This document shows positions 20,283 to 29,024 of a stretch of 64,000 nucleotides of DNA, piece after piece (the stretch's first letter is position 1; the number at the start of each line of letters is the position of its first letter). Made by a program: the position numbers and the translations under genes. Below the pieces are notes generated by a model. The model did no database searches, was not told the origin of the DNA, and was given only the letters and a program-made list of their open reading frames with translations. Source of the stretch: Bacteroidales bacterium (GTDB lineage: Bacteria; Bacteroidota; Bacteroidia; Bacteroidales; JAAUTT01); assembly GCA_025361285.1 (NCBI GenBank), contig JANYAP010000090.1, positions 8,176 through 72,175 on the forward strand. Direction: 5' to 3'.

Positions 20283-20330
20283 CTTCTGACTTCCGACTTC
20301 CGACTTCCGACTTCTGACTTCTGACTTCTC
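20283..20330. repeat. Octamer array (tccgactt / tctgactt), 6 units, abutting the E1 TGA stop
   Basis: 'cttctgacttccgacttccgacttccgacttctgacttctgacttctc'. On the coding (minus) strand it reads tga-gaagtcagaagtcagaagtcggaagtcgg... Confidence 0.9.
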
Positions 20331-22371
20331 AGTACTTAAGTACTTCTATCATTGCTACTTCTATTTTATTGGTATTGGGTAAAATTGCAGCTTCTAAAAT
20401 TCGGTTAAAGCCCACTGGCGTGAAGGTTGATCCCACTCTTTTAACAGGAGCGTCGAGGTATTCGAAGGCTTCGTTAGCAATAATGGCTGCAATTTCGGCG
20501 CCAAAGCCAGCGAAAACCTTGTCCTCGTGAACAATAAGAGCTTTACCTGTTTTTTTTATCGATGCTATTATTGTTTCCTTATCGAGTGGAATTAGCGAGC
20601 GTAAATCTATCACTTCTATGGAGTTGCCATTTTCTTGTTTAAGCTTATTAGCGGCTTCGATACACATGTGCGTAGTGTTACCATAAGTAATTACGGTTAA
20701 GTCGGTTCCTTCTATGCGTACGAGGGCTTTTCCGAACGGTACTTCGTAATCGATGGGAACTGAGGTTATAGCTTGCACAGAGTTGTAGAGTGCTTTAGGT
20801 TCGCAAAATAGCGTAAAGCCTGGCGAGCGAAGGCTTGTACGTAATAATCCTGCGGCGTCGTCGGCAAACGATGGGTAAACAATTCGCACTCCTGGCAAGG
20901 TGGCAAGCGCTCCTTCAATATTCTGCGAATGGTATAGGCCACCACCAATATAGCCGCCCGACGCAAGCCTTACGGTAATATTCGGAACAAACTTGCCATT
21001 GCTACGCCAGTAATCGTGCGTGCATTCCACGAACTGTTCCATGGCTGGCCAAAAATAATCGGCAAACTCGGCACCTTCGGCAACAATGCGAATTTTTTTG
21101 TTAAATCGGCTCATTCCGTTGGCTGTGCCAAGAATATAGTCCTCGGCTATTGGGGCGTTAAACACCCTTTCTATACCAAATTCCTTCTGCATTCCTTTAC
21201 TTACATTAAAAATGCCGCCTTTATCCTTATTAGCAATGTCTTGTCCCCACAGAAAAGTATCGGGGTTATGCCTAAATTCGGCTTTTAAAGTTTCGTTAAT
21301 GGCTTCAATTAATTTTTTGGGTTCGCCTTGTTGGTTGTGGGTTCCGTTGGGGTATTTTGTTGAAATGTAAGGTTCGGGCGATACAAAGTCGAAGATAGAA
21401 TTCGGATCGGGATTTGGAGCAGCCAAAGCTTTCCGGTGAGCATCTTTTACCTCATCTTTTACTTGTTTATCAATGTCTTGAAGTTCTTCTGGCGACAGCC
21501 TATTATATCGTGTAAGAAGTCGGCGATATTTGGCAAGGGGGTCGTTATCGGCTACATAGCCTCTCTCAGCTTCATCGCGGTATAACTCGTGCTTGTCGGA
21601 ATTTGAATGCGAATGAATGCGCACACAGTTGGCTTGTACAAGTGCCGGCATCTGGTTTTCGACGACCCATTGTTTTGCTTCGGTCATAACATTCATCGAA
21701 TCAAACACATCCTTACCGTTGCAGTAAAATATTTTCAAATTTTTAAAACCCGAAAAGTTGTTGACTACTTTGCGGTTAGCTGTTTGATCCTTTTTCGGCA
21801 CCGAAATGCCATAACCATTGTCCTGAAAAACAAATATTACTGGTAGTTTTTCGTTCGATGCGCCATTGATTGCCTCATAAACATAGCCTTCCGACACCGA
21901 CGATTCGCCTTGCGAACTTATAGAAACTCCAATATGTTTATAGCGATTCATACCTCGCCCAACGCCAACGGCATGAAGCGTATGATTGCCAGTTGCCGAC
22001 GAAACGCTGTGAATATTCCATTCGGGTTTTGCAAAGTGGTTGGACATGTGCCTTCCTCCGCCAGCAACATCGGTGGCTTTCGAAATGCCGTTAAGTATAA
22101 TTTCCTCGGCTGTTAGTCCTGCCGATAACGAAGTTAACATGTCGCGATAATATGGAAACAGATGATCGGTGTTTCGGTCGAAAATCTGACCAATAGCCAA
22201 CTGAATGCCATCGTGGCCCGCATACGGCGCGTGGTAAGACCAGCCAATGGCCTGACGCAAATAATTAGGCGCTCGGTCGTCCAAAGCTCTGCCTAAAGTC
22301 ATAATATGTAGCCATTTACGCAAAACTTCTTTATCGGTATGTTTTATGCTAAACAATTTGTTGTTGTACAT
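20329..22371 (-). CDS. 2-oxoacid (branched-chain-type) dehydrogenase E1 component, fused alpha/beta subunits
   Basis: 680 aa. The N-terminal half resembles the TPP-binding alpha subunit and the C-terminal half resembles the transketolase-like beta subunit. It lies next to E2. Confidence 0.85.
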   Translation of the reverse strand: MYNNKLFSIKHTDKEVLRKWLHIMTLGRALDDRAPNYLRQAIGWSYHAPYAGHDGIQLAIGQIFDRNTDHLFPYYRDMLTSLSAGLTAEEIILNGISKATDVAGGGRHMSNHFAKPEWNIHSVSSATGNHTLHAVGVGRGMNRYKHIGVSISSQGESSVSEGYVYEAINGASNEKLPVIFVFQDNGYGISVPKKDQTANRKVVNNFSGFKNLKIFYCNGKDVFDSMNVMTEAKQWVVENQMPALVQANCVRIHSHSNSDKHELYRDEAERGYVADNDPLAKYRRLLTRYNRLSPEELQDIDKQVKDEVKDAHRKALAAPNPDPNSIFDFVSPEPYISTKYPNGTHNQQGEPKKLIEAINETLKAEFRHNPDTFLWGQDIANKDKGGIFNVSKGMQKEFGIERVFNAPIAEDYILGTANGMSRFNKKIRIVAEGAEFADYFWPAMEQFVECTHDYWRSNGKFVPNITVRLASGGYIGGGLYHSQNIEGALATLPGVRIVYPSFADDAAGLLRTSLRSPGFTLFCEPKALYNSVQAITSVPIDYEVPFGKALVRIEGTDLTVITYGNTTHMCIEAANKLKQENGNSIEVIDLRSLIPLDKETIIASIKKTGKALIVHEDKVFAGFGAEIAAIIANEAFEYLDAPVKRVGSTFTPVGFNRILEAAILPNTNKIEVAMIEVLKY

Positions 22372-22393
22372 TTTTTAATTTTTAATTTTAATG

Positions 22394-22475
22394 AATACAT
22401 AGAAATACATAGAAATACATAGAAATATTTATCTATTTCCTTCTATTTGTATTATTTCTTTATTTCTATGTATTT
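22394..22475. repeat. Decamer array (atacatagaa x3) with an inverted partner 'tttctatgtattt'
   Basis: The direct repeats lie at 22395-22427. 22463-22475 is the exact reverse complement of 'aaatacatagaaa'. Confidence 0.85.
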
Positions 22476-22500
22476 GTATTTTCTTTCTTTCATAAAATCT

Positions 22501-23778
22501 CTAAATCTTCCTATTCAAGTCAAAATCTTCCAAATAATCGGCAATTTTTCTTAGAAATCCGCCGCCCAAAGCCCCGTCAATAACCCTGTGATCGTAGGTT
22601 AACGAAAGGAACATTTTGTGCCGTATAGCAATAATATCGCCTGTGGGTGTTTCAATTACGGCAGGTTTTTTTTCGATGTTTCCGGTGGCCAAAATTGCTA
22701 CTTGAGGCTGATTAATTATTGGTGTGCCGAACGAGTTTTTAAAACTTCCAAAATTCGATACAGTAAACGTTCCACCCTGAATGTCGTCGGGGGTAAGTTT
22801 ATTGGTTCGTGCGGCTTCTACTAACCTATGTAGCTCTTTGGTAATGCCCAGAAGACTTAAATTATCGGCATTTTTTATAACAGGCACAATAAGGTTGCCC
22901 GATGGCAGCGAAACGGCTACGCCAAGATTAATATTTTTTCGGATAATTACCTTATACCCATCAACTGAAGCGTTTACGTGAGTGTATTCCTTTAGAGCGT
23001 TAACAATAGCTTCCAGAAAAACAGGCATGTAGGTTATGCTTATTTTTTCGCGTACTTTGAAGTCGTCCTTAACTTTATTTCGCCAAAATACCAAATTGGT
23101 AACATCGGCTTCCACAAAGTTGGTAACGTGTGGTGCTGTATGTTTCGATGCAACCATGTGATCGGCAATTAGCCTTCGCATTCTATCCATTTCAATTATT
23201 TCGTCGTCGGAACCAACGGAAATGGCAACTTTTGGCTTATCGGCAATTACAGCTTCCGAAATTGGCGTATCGTGCTTTATATTAGGCGATTTAGATTTAT
23301 CGAGTACGTAATTTAATATATCGTCCTTACGTACTCTATTGTTCTCACCTGTGCCCCGTATCGTTTCAATCTCATCGCTCGAAATGTTTTCCTTTTTAGC
23401 AATTGTTCGAACTAATGGGGAATAAAAACGTTGACTTTTTGTATTGGTTTTTGGTGCCGAAATAACAGGTGCAACCGTTGGTTTTGGTTCGGACTTTTCG
23501 GAGGGTTTAGCCGAATCGGTATCGCTCACATTTTCAATATCTAACGAAATTATTGCTATAACTTTACCAACAGGAACAACATCGCCAACTTTAAAAAATA
23601 TTTTGGTTATTTTGCCAGCAACGGGCGATGGTATTTCGGAATCGACCTTATCGGTAGCAATTTCCAATAATACTTCGTCTTCGTCGATAATATCGTTTTC
23701 TTTCTTAAACCATTGTGTTATAGTTGCTTCGGTTACACTTTCGCCTAATTTAGGCATTACAACTTCAAACTGAGACAT
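22501..23778 (-). CDS. Dihydrolipoamide acyltransferase (E2) of the 2-oxoacid dehydrogenase complex
   Basis: 425 aa. Lipoyl domain 'EIATDKVDSEIPSP', an E3-binding region, and the catalytic 'DHRVIDGA' motif. Confidence 0.92.
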   Translation of the reverse strand: MSQFEVVMPKLGESVTEATITQWFKKENDIIDEDEVLLEIATDKVDSEIPSPVAGKITKIFFKVGDVVPVGKVIAIISLDIENVSDTDSAKPSEKSEPKPTVAPVISAPKTNTKSQRFYSPLVRTIAKKENISSDEIETIRGTGENNRVRKDDILNYVLDKSKSPNIKHDTPISEAVIADKPKVAISVGSDDEIIEMDRMRRLIADHMVASKHTAPHVTNFVEADVTNLVFWRNKVKDDFKVREKISITYMPVFLEAIVNALKEYTHVNASVDGYKVIIRKNINLGVAVSLPSGNLIVPVIKNADNLSLLGITKELHRLVEAARTNKLTPDDIQGGTFTVSNFGSFKNSFGTPIINQPQVAILATGNIEKKPAVIETPTGDIIAIRHKMFLSLTYDHRVIDGALGGGFLRKIADYLEDFDLNRKI

Positions 23779-23898
23779 AAATTGTTATTTTAAAATTATG
23801 TATAATTCTTATAACTAATTTACCTCATTTTTGTTCAACCTTCGATAGCGAAAATTGATGATTTGGTTTAAAATGCAGGTTCCTCGAAATAAATAAGA

Positions 23899-23988
23899 GG
23901 CTGTAGACTGTGGGCTGTAGACTTTAGGCTGTAGGCTGTAGGAGCTTCGGTGCAACCAATAAAATTAAACCTTATATGCAAATTCGAA
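23899..23988. repeat. Left inverted-repeat arm (ggctgtag octamers plus 58-bp core)
   Basis: The reverse complement of 23931-23988 aligns to 25527-25584 with 52/58 identities by hand alignment. The outer parts are related octamer arrays. Confidence 0.85.
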
Positions 23989-24124
23989 AATAGTGGTTAT
24001 TCGGCAAAAATAGTGTAAATGAAATTGTAAGTATTGTATAAAAATGATAAACATGGTAATAGGGTCGGTATAATTGTTGCATTTTTATTCGCTTTGTTTC
24101 ATAATATTTGTTTTGTTTAAAATT

Positions 24125-24272
24125 GCTCCCAACGTTTGCGGGTATGCGCCTGTGCGGGATTGCGGAGCGACGTTCCTATCAAACGAGGCGAAAGATTGAT
24201 GCGGGTGATGACCTTCGCATACCTCTGAAACCCTTATTGGCTGTACCGCGTGTTGTGGGCTGCATTTTTTTA
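24125..24272. ncRNA. Candidate structured non-coding element (GC-rich island); family unknown
   Basis: About 55% G+C by hand count over 24131-24263, within visibly AT-rich flanks. There is no convincing ORF. 'ggtatgcg' (24141-24148) is complementary to 'cgcatacc' (24216-24223). A 7-T run lies at 24265-24271. Confidence 0.35.
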
Positions 24273-25151
24273 TTCAAATATATCAGGGAATTGGTCAATC
24301 AAGAACTGAAACTTCTCCTTTTCAGGTATTAGCTTAATAATATTTTTCATAGCATTCATATTATCAAGTTGTTTATTTATCCTATATGACAAAGCTAATG
24401 AAATTAATTGATGAGAAATTGATTCTATAATCTCTGACGGATTTGCAATTTCAGGTTCATCATCATAATAGATTACACCAGCAATTGGATTTTGGTCATT
24501 TGGTATATTTTGGTGTATCCATCTAAAATATGGAATCTTCTGTTTTTTTAGTATTATATTGTTTTGCTCAAATTTGATTATTTTCTTCAAACTACTCTTA
24601 AATGTCAAAAGCTTTTCAGAATCAAGTAAATCATTGTAATGAATTGAAACAATAGGATTTCCTAGGTCTACAAAATATCGTTTCCCATCGCCCCCGTATT
24701 TCCAGTCTTTTATATCCTCTTGCCTAGGCTTACCTACACTAATATTGAAGTAGTCAAACTTAGGAGTCAAAACAAGTTGACTAGCATTCTTATATTCACG
24801 CTCAATGAACCATAATGAAGATGTATTATGAATATCAAGTGTGAGTTTCTCAATTGAAATGTAACCAATAAAAAATGGTAGTTCTAATCTAAAAATCCAA
24901 TCAATATCTTCCTTGTGCCATTTATTTTTCTTTACTCTACCATAGACAATTGGTTCTTTCGATGACTTAACTTGTATCATGAATGGTAAAGTTGGGATTA
25001 AGTCATCATTAACAATATCTGTTATTGTGCAATAAAAGTCAACGCCAAAATCTTCCTGTCTTTGAAATTCACTTATAAATCCCAAATGAGAAAGAAAATA
25101 ATTTGCTAAATATTCAGCTCTGTCCCCCTTTCTAAAAATTTCTTTCCTCAT
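24270..25151 (-). CDS. Hypothetical protein with a PD-(D/E)xK nuclease-like (DUF4365-like) N-terminus and an uncharacterised ~200-aa C-terminal region
   Basis: 293 aa. 'GDRAEYLANYFLSHLGFISEFQRQEDFGVDFYC...FMIQVKSS' matches the remembered DUF4365 pattern (G..aE..v...l, D.GiD, QVKs). The gene is much more AT-rich than its neighbours. Confidence 0.7.
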   Translation of the reverse strand: MRKEIFRKGDRAEYLANYFLSHLGFISEFQRQEDFGVDFYCTITDIVNDDLIPTLPFMIQVKSSKEPIVYGRVKKNKWHKEDIDWIFRLELPFFIGYISIEKLTLDIHNTSSLWFIEREYKNASQLVLTPKFDYFNISVGKPRQEDIKDWKYGGDGKRYFVDLGNPIVSIHYNDLLDSEKLLTFKSSLKKIIKFEQNNIILKKQKIPYFRWIHQNIPNDQNPIAGVIYYDDEPEIANPSEIIESISHQLISLALSYRINKQLDNMNAMKNIIKLIPEKEKFQFLIDQFPDIFE

Positions 25152-25408
25152 GTTGGCTCAAGGTCGTTTTTTTAAGTTGCCCACAACAATGCAATATATA
25201 CAATATTTCGTTAAACTTTTTACGGAGTTTTGGTGCCTTGGTGGCTATTACATAATTTTTTGCCACCAAAACACAAAAACACAAAATTGCACTAAATAAA
25301 ATTGTTAAAATACTCAAATAAAAAGTTTACCGAAGCCTCGCCTTCATTTATTGTATTATATTGATGTAAAAATGAGCCCTATTCCGTAAAAGTGCGAATA
25401 AATTAGGC

Positions 25409-25519
25409 TTGTTACAAAGAAAACTCGTTAAAGTGTCAAAAACATGGTTGTATGTCAATATTTATAAGAATTTTCAAATATTTTTATTGTTACTTTTTTT
25501 TCACTTTCGCTCATTAGAG
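25409..25519 (+). repeat. Family-D dispersed repeat, truncated copy
   Basis: It aligns to the reverse complement of 51265-51376 at roughly 85-90% identity by hand alignment ('gttac.aagaaaactcgttaaa.tgtcaaaaa.at.gttgtatgtcaatattta...tttcaaatattttt.ttgttactttttt'). Confidence 0.8.
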
Positions 25520-25526
25520 CAATAAT

Positions 25527-25617
25527 TTCGAATTCACATATAAGGTTCTATTTTATTGGTTGCACCGAAGCACCTACAGCCTCCAGTCTACAGCCTCCAG
25601 TCTCCAGTCTAAAGCCT
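25527..25617. repeat. Right inverted-repeat arm (58-bp core plus cctacagcc/ctccagtc octamers), ending 12 nt before the dcp stop
   Basis: See 23899-23988. Confidence 0.85.
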
Positions 25618-25629
25618 AAATTATTTCTC

Positions 25630-27741
25630 TTACAAAAAACCTTTGCGCTTTAATAATGGCTCTATGCTTGGTTCGGCACCACGGAAGCGTTTGTATGCTT
25701 CCATTTCGTCCATACTACTTCCTTTTTCGAGAATGTATTTACGAAAAAGCTTAGCTGTAGGTTGGTCGAATGTACCGTTTTCCTTAAATGCTTGATATGC
25801 ATCGGCATCGAGTACCTGAGCCCAAACATACACGTAATAACCAGCAGCGTAATCGGTGCTAGATATATGGTTAAAATATGTGGTGCGATAGCGAGGCAAT
25901 ATTTCGGGAATAAGCCCTACTTTTTTCATCGATGCGGCTTCGAATTTCAACACGTCTAAATCGGTAACAACTTCGTTTATTGTGTGATAATCCATATCGA
26001 GAATTGATGCCGCCAGATATTCGACTGTTCCAAAGCCTTCGTTAAAGTAACGACTATTCATCATTTTATCGACCAATTCTTTAGGAATAGGTTTACCAGT
26101 TTTGTAATGTTTTGCATATAAATTAATTACTTCGGGGTCCGATGCCCAGTTTTCCATAACTTGCGATGGAAGTTCAACATAATCGCGCACAAGGCTTGCA
26201 ACACCGGGGTAAGTAACGTTCGAGAGCAGTGCTTGCAATGCATGGCCAAATTCGTGAAACAGGGTGTTGGTTTCGTCGAAACTTAGCAGCGAAGGAGCAT
26301 CGGCGGTGGGTTTCGAGAAATTACAAACAATGCTTACTACTGGCGATATATTTTTGCCGTTGAACTTGTGCTGATCGCGAAAGCCGCCGCACCAAGCACC
26401 ACCACGCTTACTAGCCCGCGGATGAAAATCCATATAAAGTATTCCTACATGCTTACCATCATTTTCTTTAACCTCGTACACATGGCTATCGGCGTTATAT
26501 TTAGGTATATCGGTAACTTCGGTAAAAGTTATTCCAAACAACTTGTTAGCAACCATAAAGGCGCCTTGTTTAACATTTTCGAGCGGAAAATATGGTCGAA
26601 TCTGCTCTTCATCCAAATCGTATTTTTCCTTGCGAACCTTTTCGGCATAGTAACGCCAATCGGAAGGCCTAAGCTTAAACGTATTACCATCCTTATTAAT
26701 GCTTTCTTGCAAGTCGGAAGCTTCGCGTTTAGCTACTTTTAAAGCAGGTGTCCAAAGTTTGTTTAATAGGTTGTAAACATTTTCGGGATTTTTGGCCATT
26801 CGCTCTTCGGTTGCTAATGCTGCAAAATTATTATAACCAAGAAGTTGTGCTTTTTCGATACGTAAGTTGAAAATCTGAGCCATTACCCTTTTGTTGTCGA
26901 ACTCGTTGTTGTTGTTGCCGCGGTTACTATAGGCGTTAAGCATTTTTTCGCGTAGGCTACCATTGGCGGCGTATGTAAGAAACGGCATAATGCTCGAATT
27001 ATCGAGAGTAAATATCCATTTGCCTTCCAACGAAGCATTCTTTGCATCGTCGGCGGCAGCATTTATAAGCGATTCGGGTAAACCGTTCAAGTCTTTTTTG
27101 TTATCGATAACAAGTCTATAAGCTTTGGTTTCTTTTAAAAGATTGTCGCCAAATTTTACACTCAACGAAGCCATTTGCTCGTTTATTTCGCGCAAGCGCT
27201 TTTGCTTAACCGAGTCGAGACCAGCTCCATTCCTAACAAAACGCCTATATGTTTTATCGAGCAAACGCATTTGTTCCTCGTTTAAATTAGCTTTATCGCG
27301 ATTGATGTACACTGTTTTAACGCGGTTAAAAAGTGCTGAGTTAAGTATAATATTGTCGGAATGTTTTGTTAATAAACGAGTTACTTTCTCCTGTATCTCC
27401 TGAAGTGTGTCGTTGGTATTGGCGCTAGTTAAACTAAAAAATATGTATTGAATATCAATTAACCGCCTTCCGCTATAATCCAATGCTTCAATAGTATTCG
27501 TGAAAGTTGCCGAGTCCTTGTTATTAACAATTTGCGCAATTTCATCGTCTTCCATTTTCATACCAGCCTCAAAAGCAGGCATATAATGTTCGTTTTTTAT
27601 TTTATCGAACGGCGGAACCTGAAAAGGTGTTTTAAACTCTGTTAAAAGTGGGTTTTCCGAGGCCGATGTTGATGCTTCCTTTTGTTTGCACGATACTTCC
27701 ATAATAAAAATTGATAAAATAATAATATACAAGTTTTTCAT
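25630..27741 (-). CDS. dcp: M3-family zinc metallopeptidase (peptidyl-dipeptidase Dcp-like)
   Basis: 703 aa with signal peptide. 'HEFGHALQ' zinc motif and M3 length and layout. Confidence 0.88.
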   Translation of the reverse strand: MKNLYIIILSIFIMEVSCKQKEASTSASENPLLTEFKTPFQVPPFDKIKNEHYMPAFEAGMKMEDDEIAQIVNNKDSATFTNTIEALDYSGRRLIDIQYIFFSLTSANTNDTLQEIQEKVTRLLTKHSDNIILNSALFNRVKTVYINRDKANLNEEQMRLLDKTYRRFVRNGAGLDSVKQKRLREINEQMASLSVKFGDNLLKETKAYRLVIDNKKDLNGLPESLINAAADDAKNASLEGKWIFTLDNSSIMPFLTYAANGSLREKMLNAYSNRGNNNNEFDNKRVMAQIFNLRIEKAQLLGYNNFAALATEERMAKNPENVYNLLNKLWTPALKVAKREASDLQESINKDGNTFKLRPSDWRYYAEKVRKEKYDLDEEQIRPYFPLENVKQGAFMVANKLFGITFTEVTDIPKYNADSHVYEVKENDGKHVGILYMDFHPRASKRGGAWCGGFRDQHKFNGKNISPVVSIVCNFSKPTADAPSLLSFDETNTLFHEFGHALQALLSNVTYPGVASLVRDYVELPSQVMENWASDPEVINLYAKHYKTGKPIPKELVDKMMNSRYFNEGFGTVEYLAASILDMDYHTINEVVTDLDVLKFEAASMKKVGLIPEILPRYRTTYFNHISSTDYAAGYYVYVWAQVLDADAYQAFKENGTFDQPTAKLFRKYILEKGSSMDEMEAYKRFRGAEPSIEPLLKRKGFL

Positions 27742-27884
27742 AGCAGGTTGTTTTAATGTGATTTAGAAAATATAATTATAACACAATTTTATCTCGAAAC
27801 CAAAGTTTTTTAGGTAAAGTTTCAAAGTGCCGAAGTAGAAAATAAAAGTCGCATCTTTGCAACCTAAATACCTATCAACTCACT

Positions 27885-28733
27885 ATGAAGAGTTTTATTA
27901 CAGTTCTACTAACCTTATTATCTGTATTTTCAATACTTAAGGCTGTTTTGCCAAATAAACCGAAGAGTGAATCGACGCCTCATTATAAATACCTTATATA
28001 TACGCCCAACGGTTACAATTCGGCACAGAAAAAGAACTGGCCTGTAATTATTTACCTTCACGGAAAATCGGCCAGCGGAAACAATCTTAACGAATTGAAA
28101 AGATATGGAATTCCATTTTTTATTGAAGGCGGCATGGAGTTTAGCGCTATTGTGGTGTCGCCGCAATGTCCTAATGGCAAAAACTGGACAACCGAAAACT
28201 GGTTTGAGCCATTTTATAACGAATTAGTATCGAAATATAACATCGATACAACACGTATTTACCTCACAGGCATGAGTATGGGCGGTTTTGGGACGTGGGC
28301 GCTTGGAATAAAATACCCAAATAGATTTGCCGCACTAATGCCTCTTTGTGGTGGAGGTAAGCCACATGAGGTTAATGTTTTACGAGATGTTCCTGTTTGG
28401 GTACTTCATGGCGATAACGACGAAGTTGTTCCTATAAAACGCTCTGAAGAAATGGTAAACGCCCTTCGCCGTGGAGGCGGAAACCCTATTTTTACGGTTT
28501 TAAAAGGTAAAGGACACGATATTCATCGTCAGTATGCCGATATTAGTCTGTACCAGTGGATGATGCAATACACCAATATACGGAATAGTAATACTGCTTC
28601 ATCAAAAAAGTATAAAACCGATACGCTTGTAACTTCCATGCCCAAATTAAAAAACAAGAACATTTCGAAAAAGCGGGCAACACCCGAGCAAACCGACACC
28701 TTAAAGGGTAAAGAGTATATGCTTGTATTTTAA
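27885..28733 (+). CDS. Secreted alpha/beta-hydrolase (esterase / prolyl-oligopeptidase-family-like)
   Basis: 282 aa with signal peptide. 'GMSMGG' nucleophile elbow and 'HGDNDEVVP' / 'GHD' catalytic-triad-like blocks. Confidence 0.75.
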   Translation: MKSFITVLLTLLSVFSILKAVLPNKPKSESTPHYKYLIYTPNGYNSAQKKNWPVIIYLHGKSASGNNLNELKRYGIPFFIEGGMEFSAIVVSPQCPNGKNWTTENWFEPFYNELVSKYNIDTTRIYLTGMSMGGFGTWALGIKYPNRFAALMPLCGGGKPHEVNVLRDVPVWVLHGDNDEVVPIKRSEEMVNALRRGGGNPIFTVLKGKGHDIHRQYADISLYQWMMQYTNIRNSNTASSKKYKTDTLVTSMPKLKNKNISKKRATPEQTDTLKGKEYMLVF

Positions 28734-28845
28734 GTAGTTGTAAAGATAATTTGTTGAAATTTTAAGTTTGAGAATATTTAATTCAATTCTCTTTTAACTT
28801 CGGTTTAATTGTACGAACTTTAATCTTAAAATTGAGTATTAAACA

Positions 28846-28984
28846 AATAATTCGGTAAACTTAATTTTCAATTTCCACGTATTTGTAATGCGTTGAAATA
28901 CACCGAAATATAAAATATTACAACTTATTTCTTGTATTTCAACTTGGTAATTATTAGCAAGTTGCAAATATGCACCGAAGTATT
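28846..28984 (-). mobile_element. MITE-like family A, full-length copy (reverse orientation)
   Basis: Termini are 'aataattcggt' and 'accgaagtatt'. Internal hairpins are 'ccacgtatttgtaat.cg' and 'gcaagttgc'. The reverse complement aligns along the whole of 44641-44783. Confidence 0.75.
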
Positions 28985-29024
28985 AAACACAACACTTTTA
29001 CTACTAATTTAACAATAACTAATC

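Noticed and set aside
20283-20330. Octamer arrays (here and at 41844-41959, 12700-12730, 3848-3870 and others) as CRISPR or as coding low-complexity sequence
   Set aside because: The period is 8 nt with no spacers. The arrays lie outside ORFs, starting at stop codons, and no frame through them is supported by the ORF track.
24108-24332. 74-aa ORF covering the GC-rich block
   Set aside because: It overlaps the 3' end of the better-supported minus-strand gene. Its composition is Arg/Leu/Cys-rich and low-complexity, and its start context is not credible. The block is treated as non-coding.
25132-25317. 61-aa ORF with a hydrophobic N-terminus overlapping the start of the nuclease-like gene by 20 nt (possible small membrane partner)
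   Set aside because: It has a TTG start, spans an obvious DNA hairpin (ttggtggc...gccaccaa) and shows no recognisable family. The evidence is insufficient, though ribosome profiling or homologue comparison could revive it.
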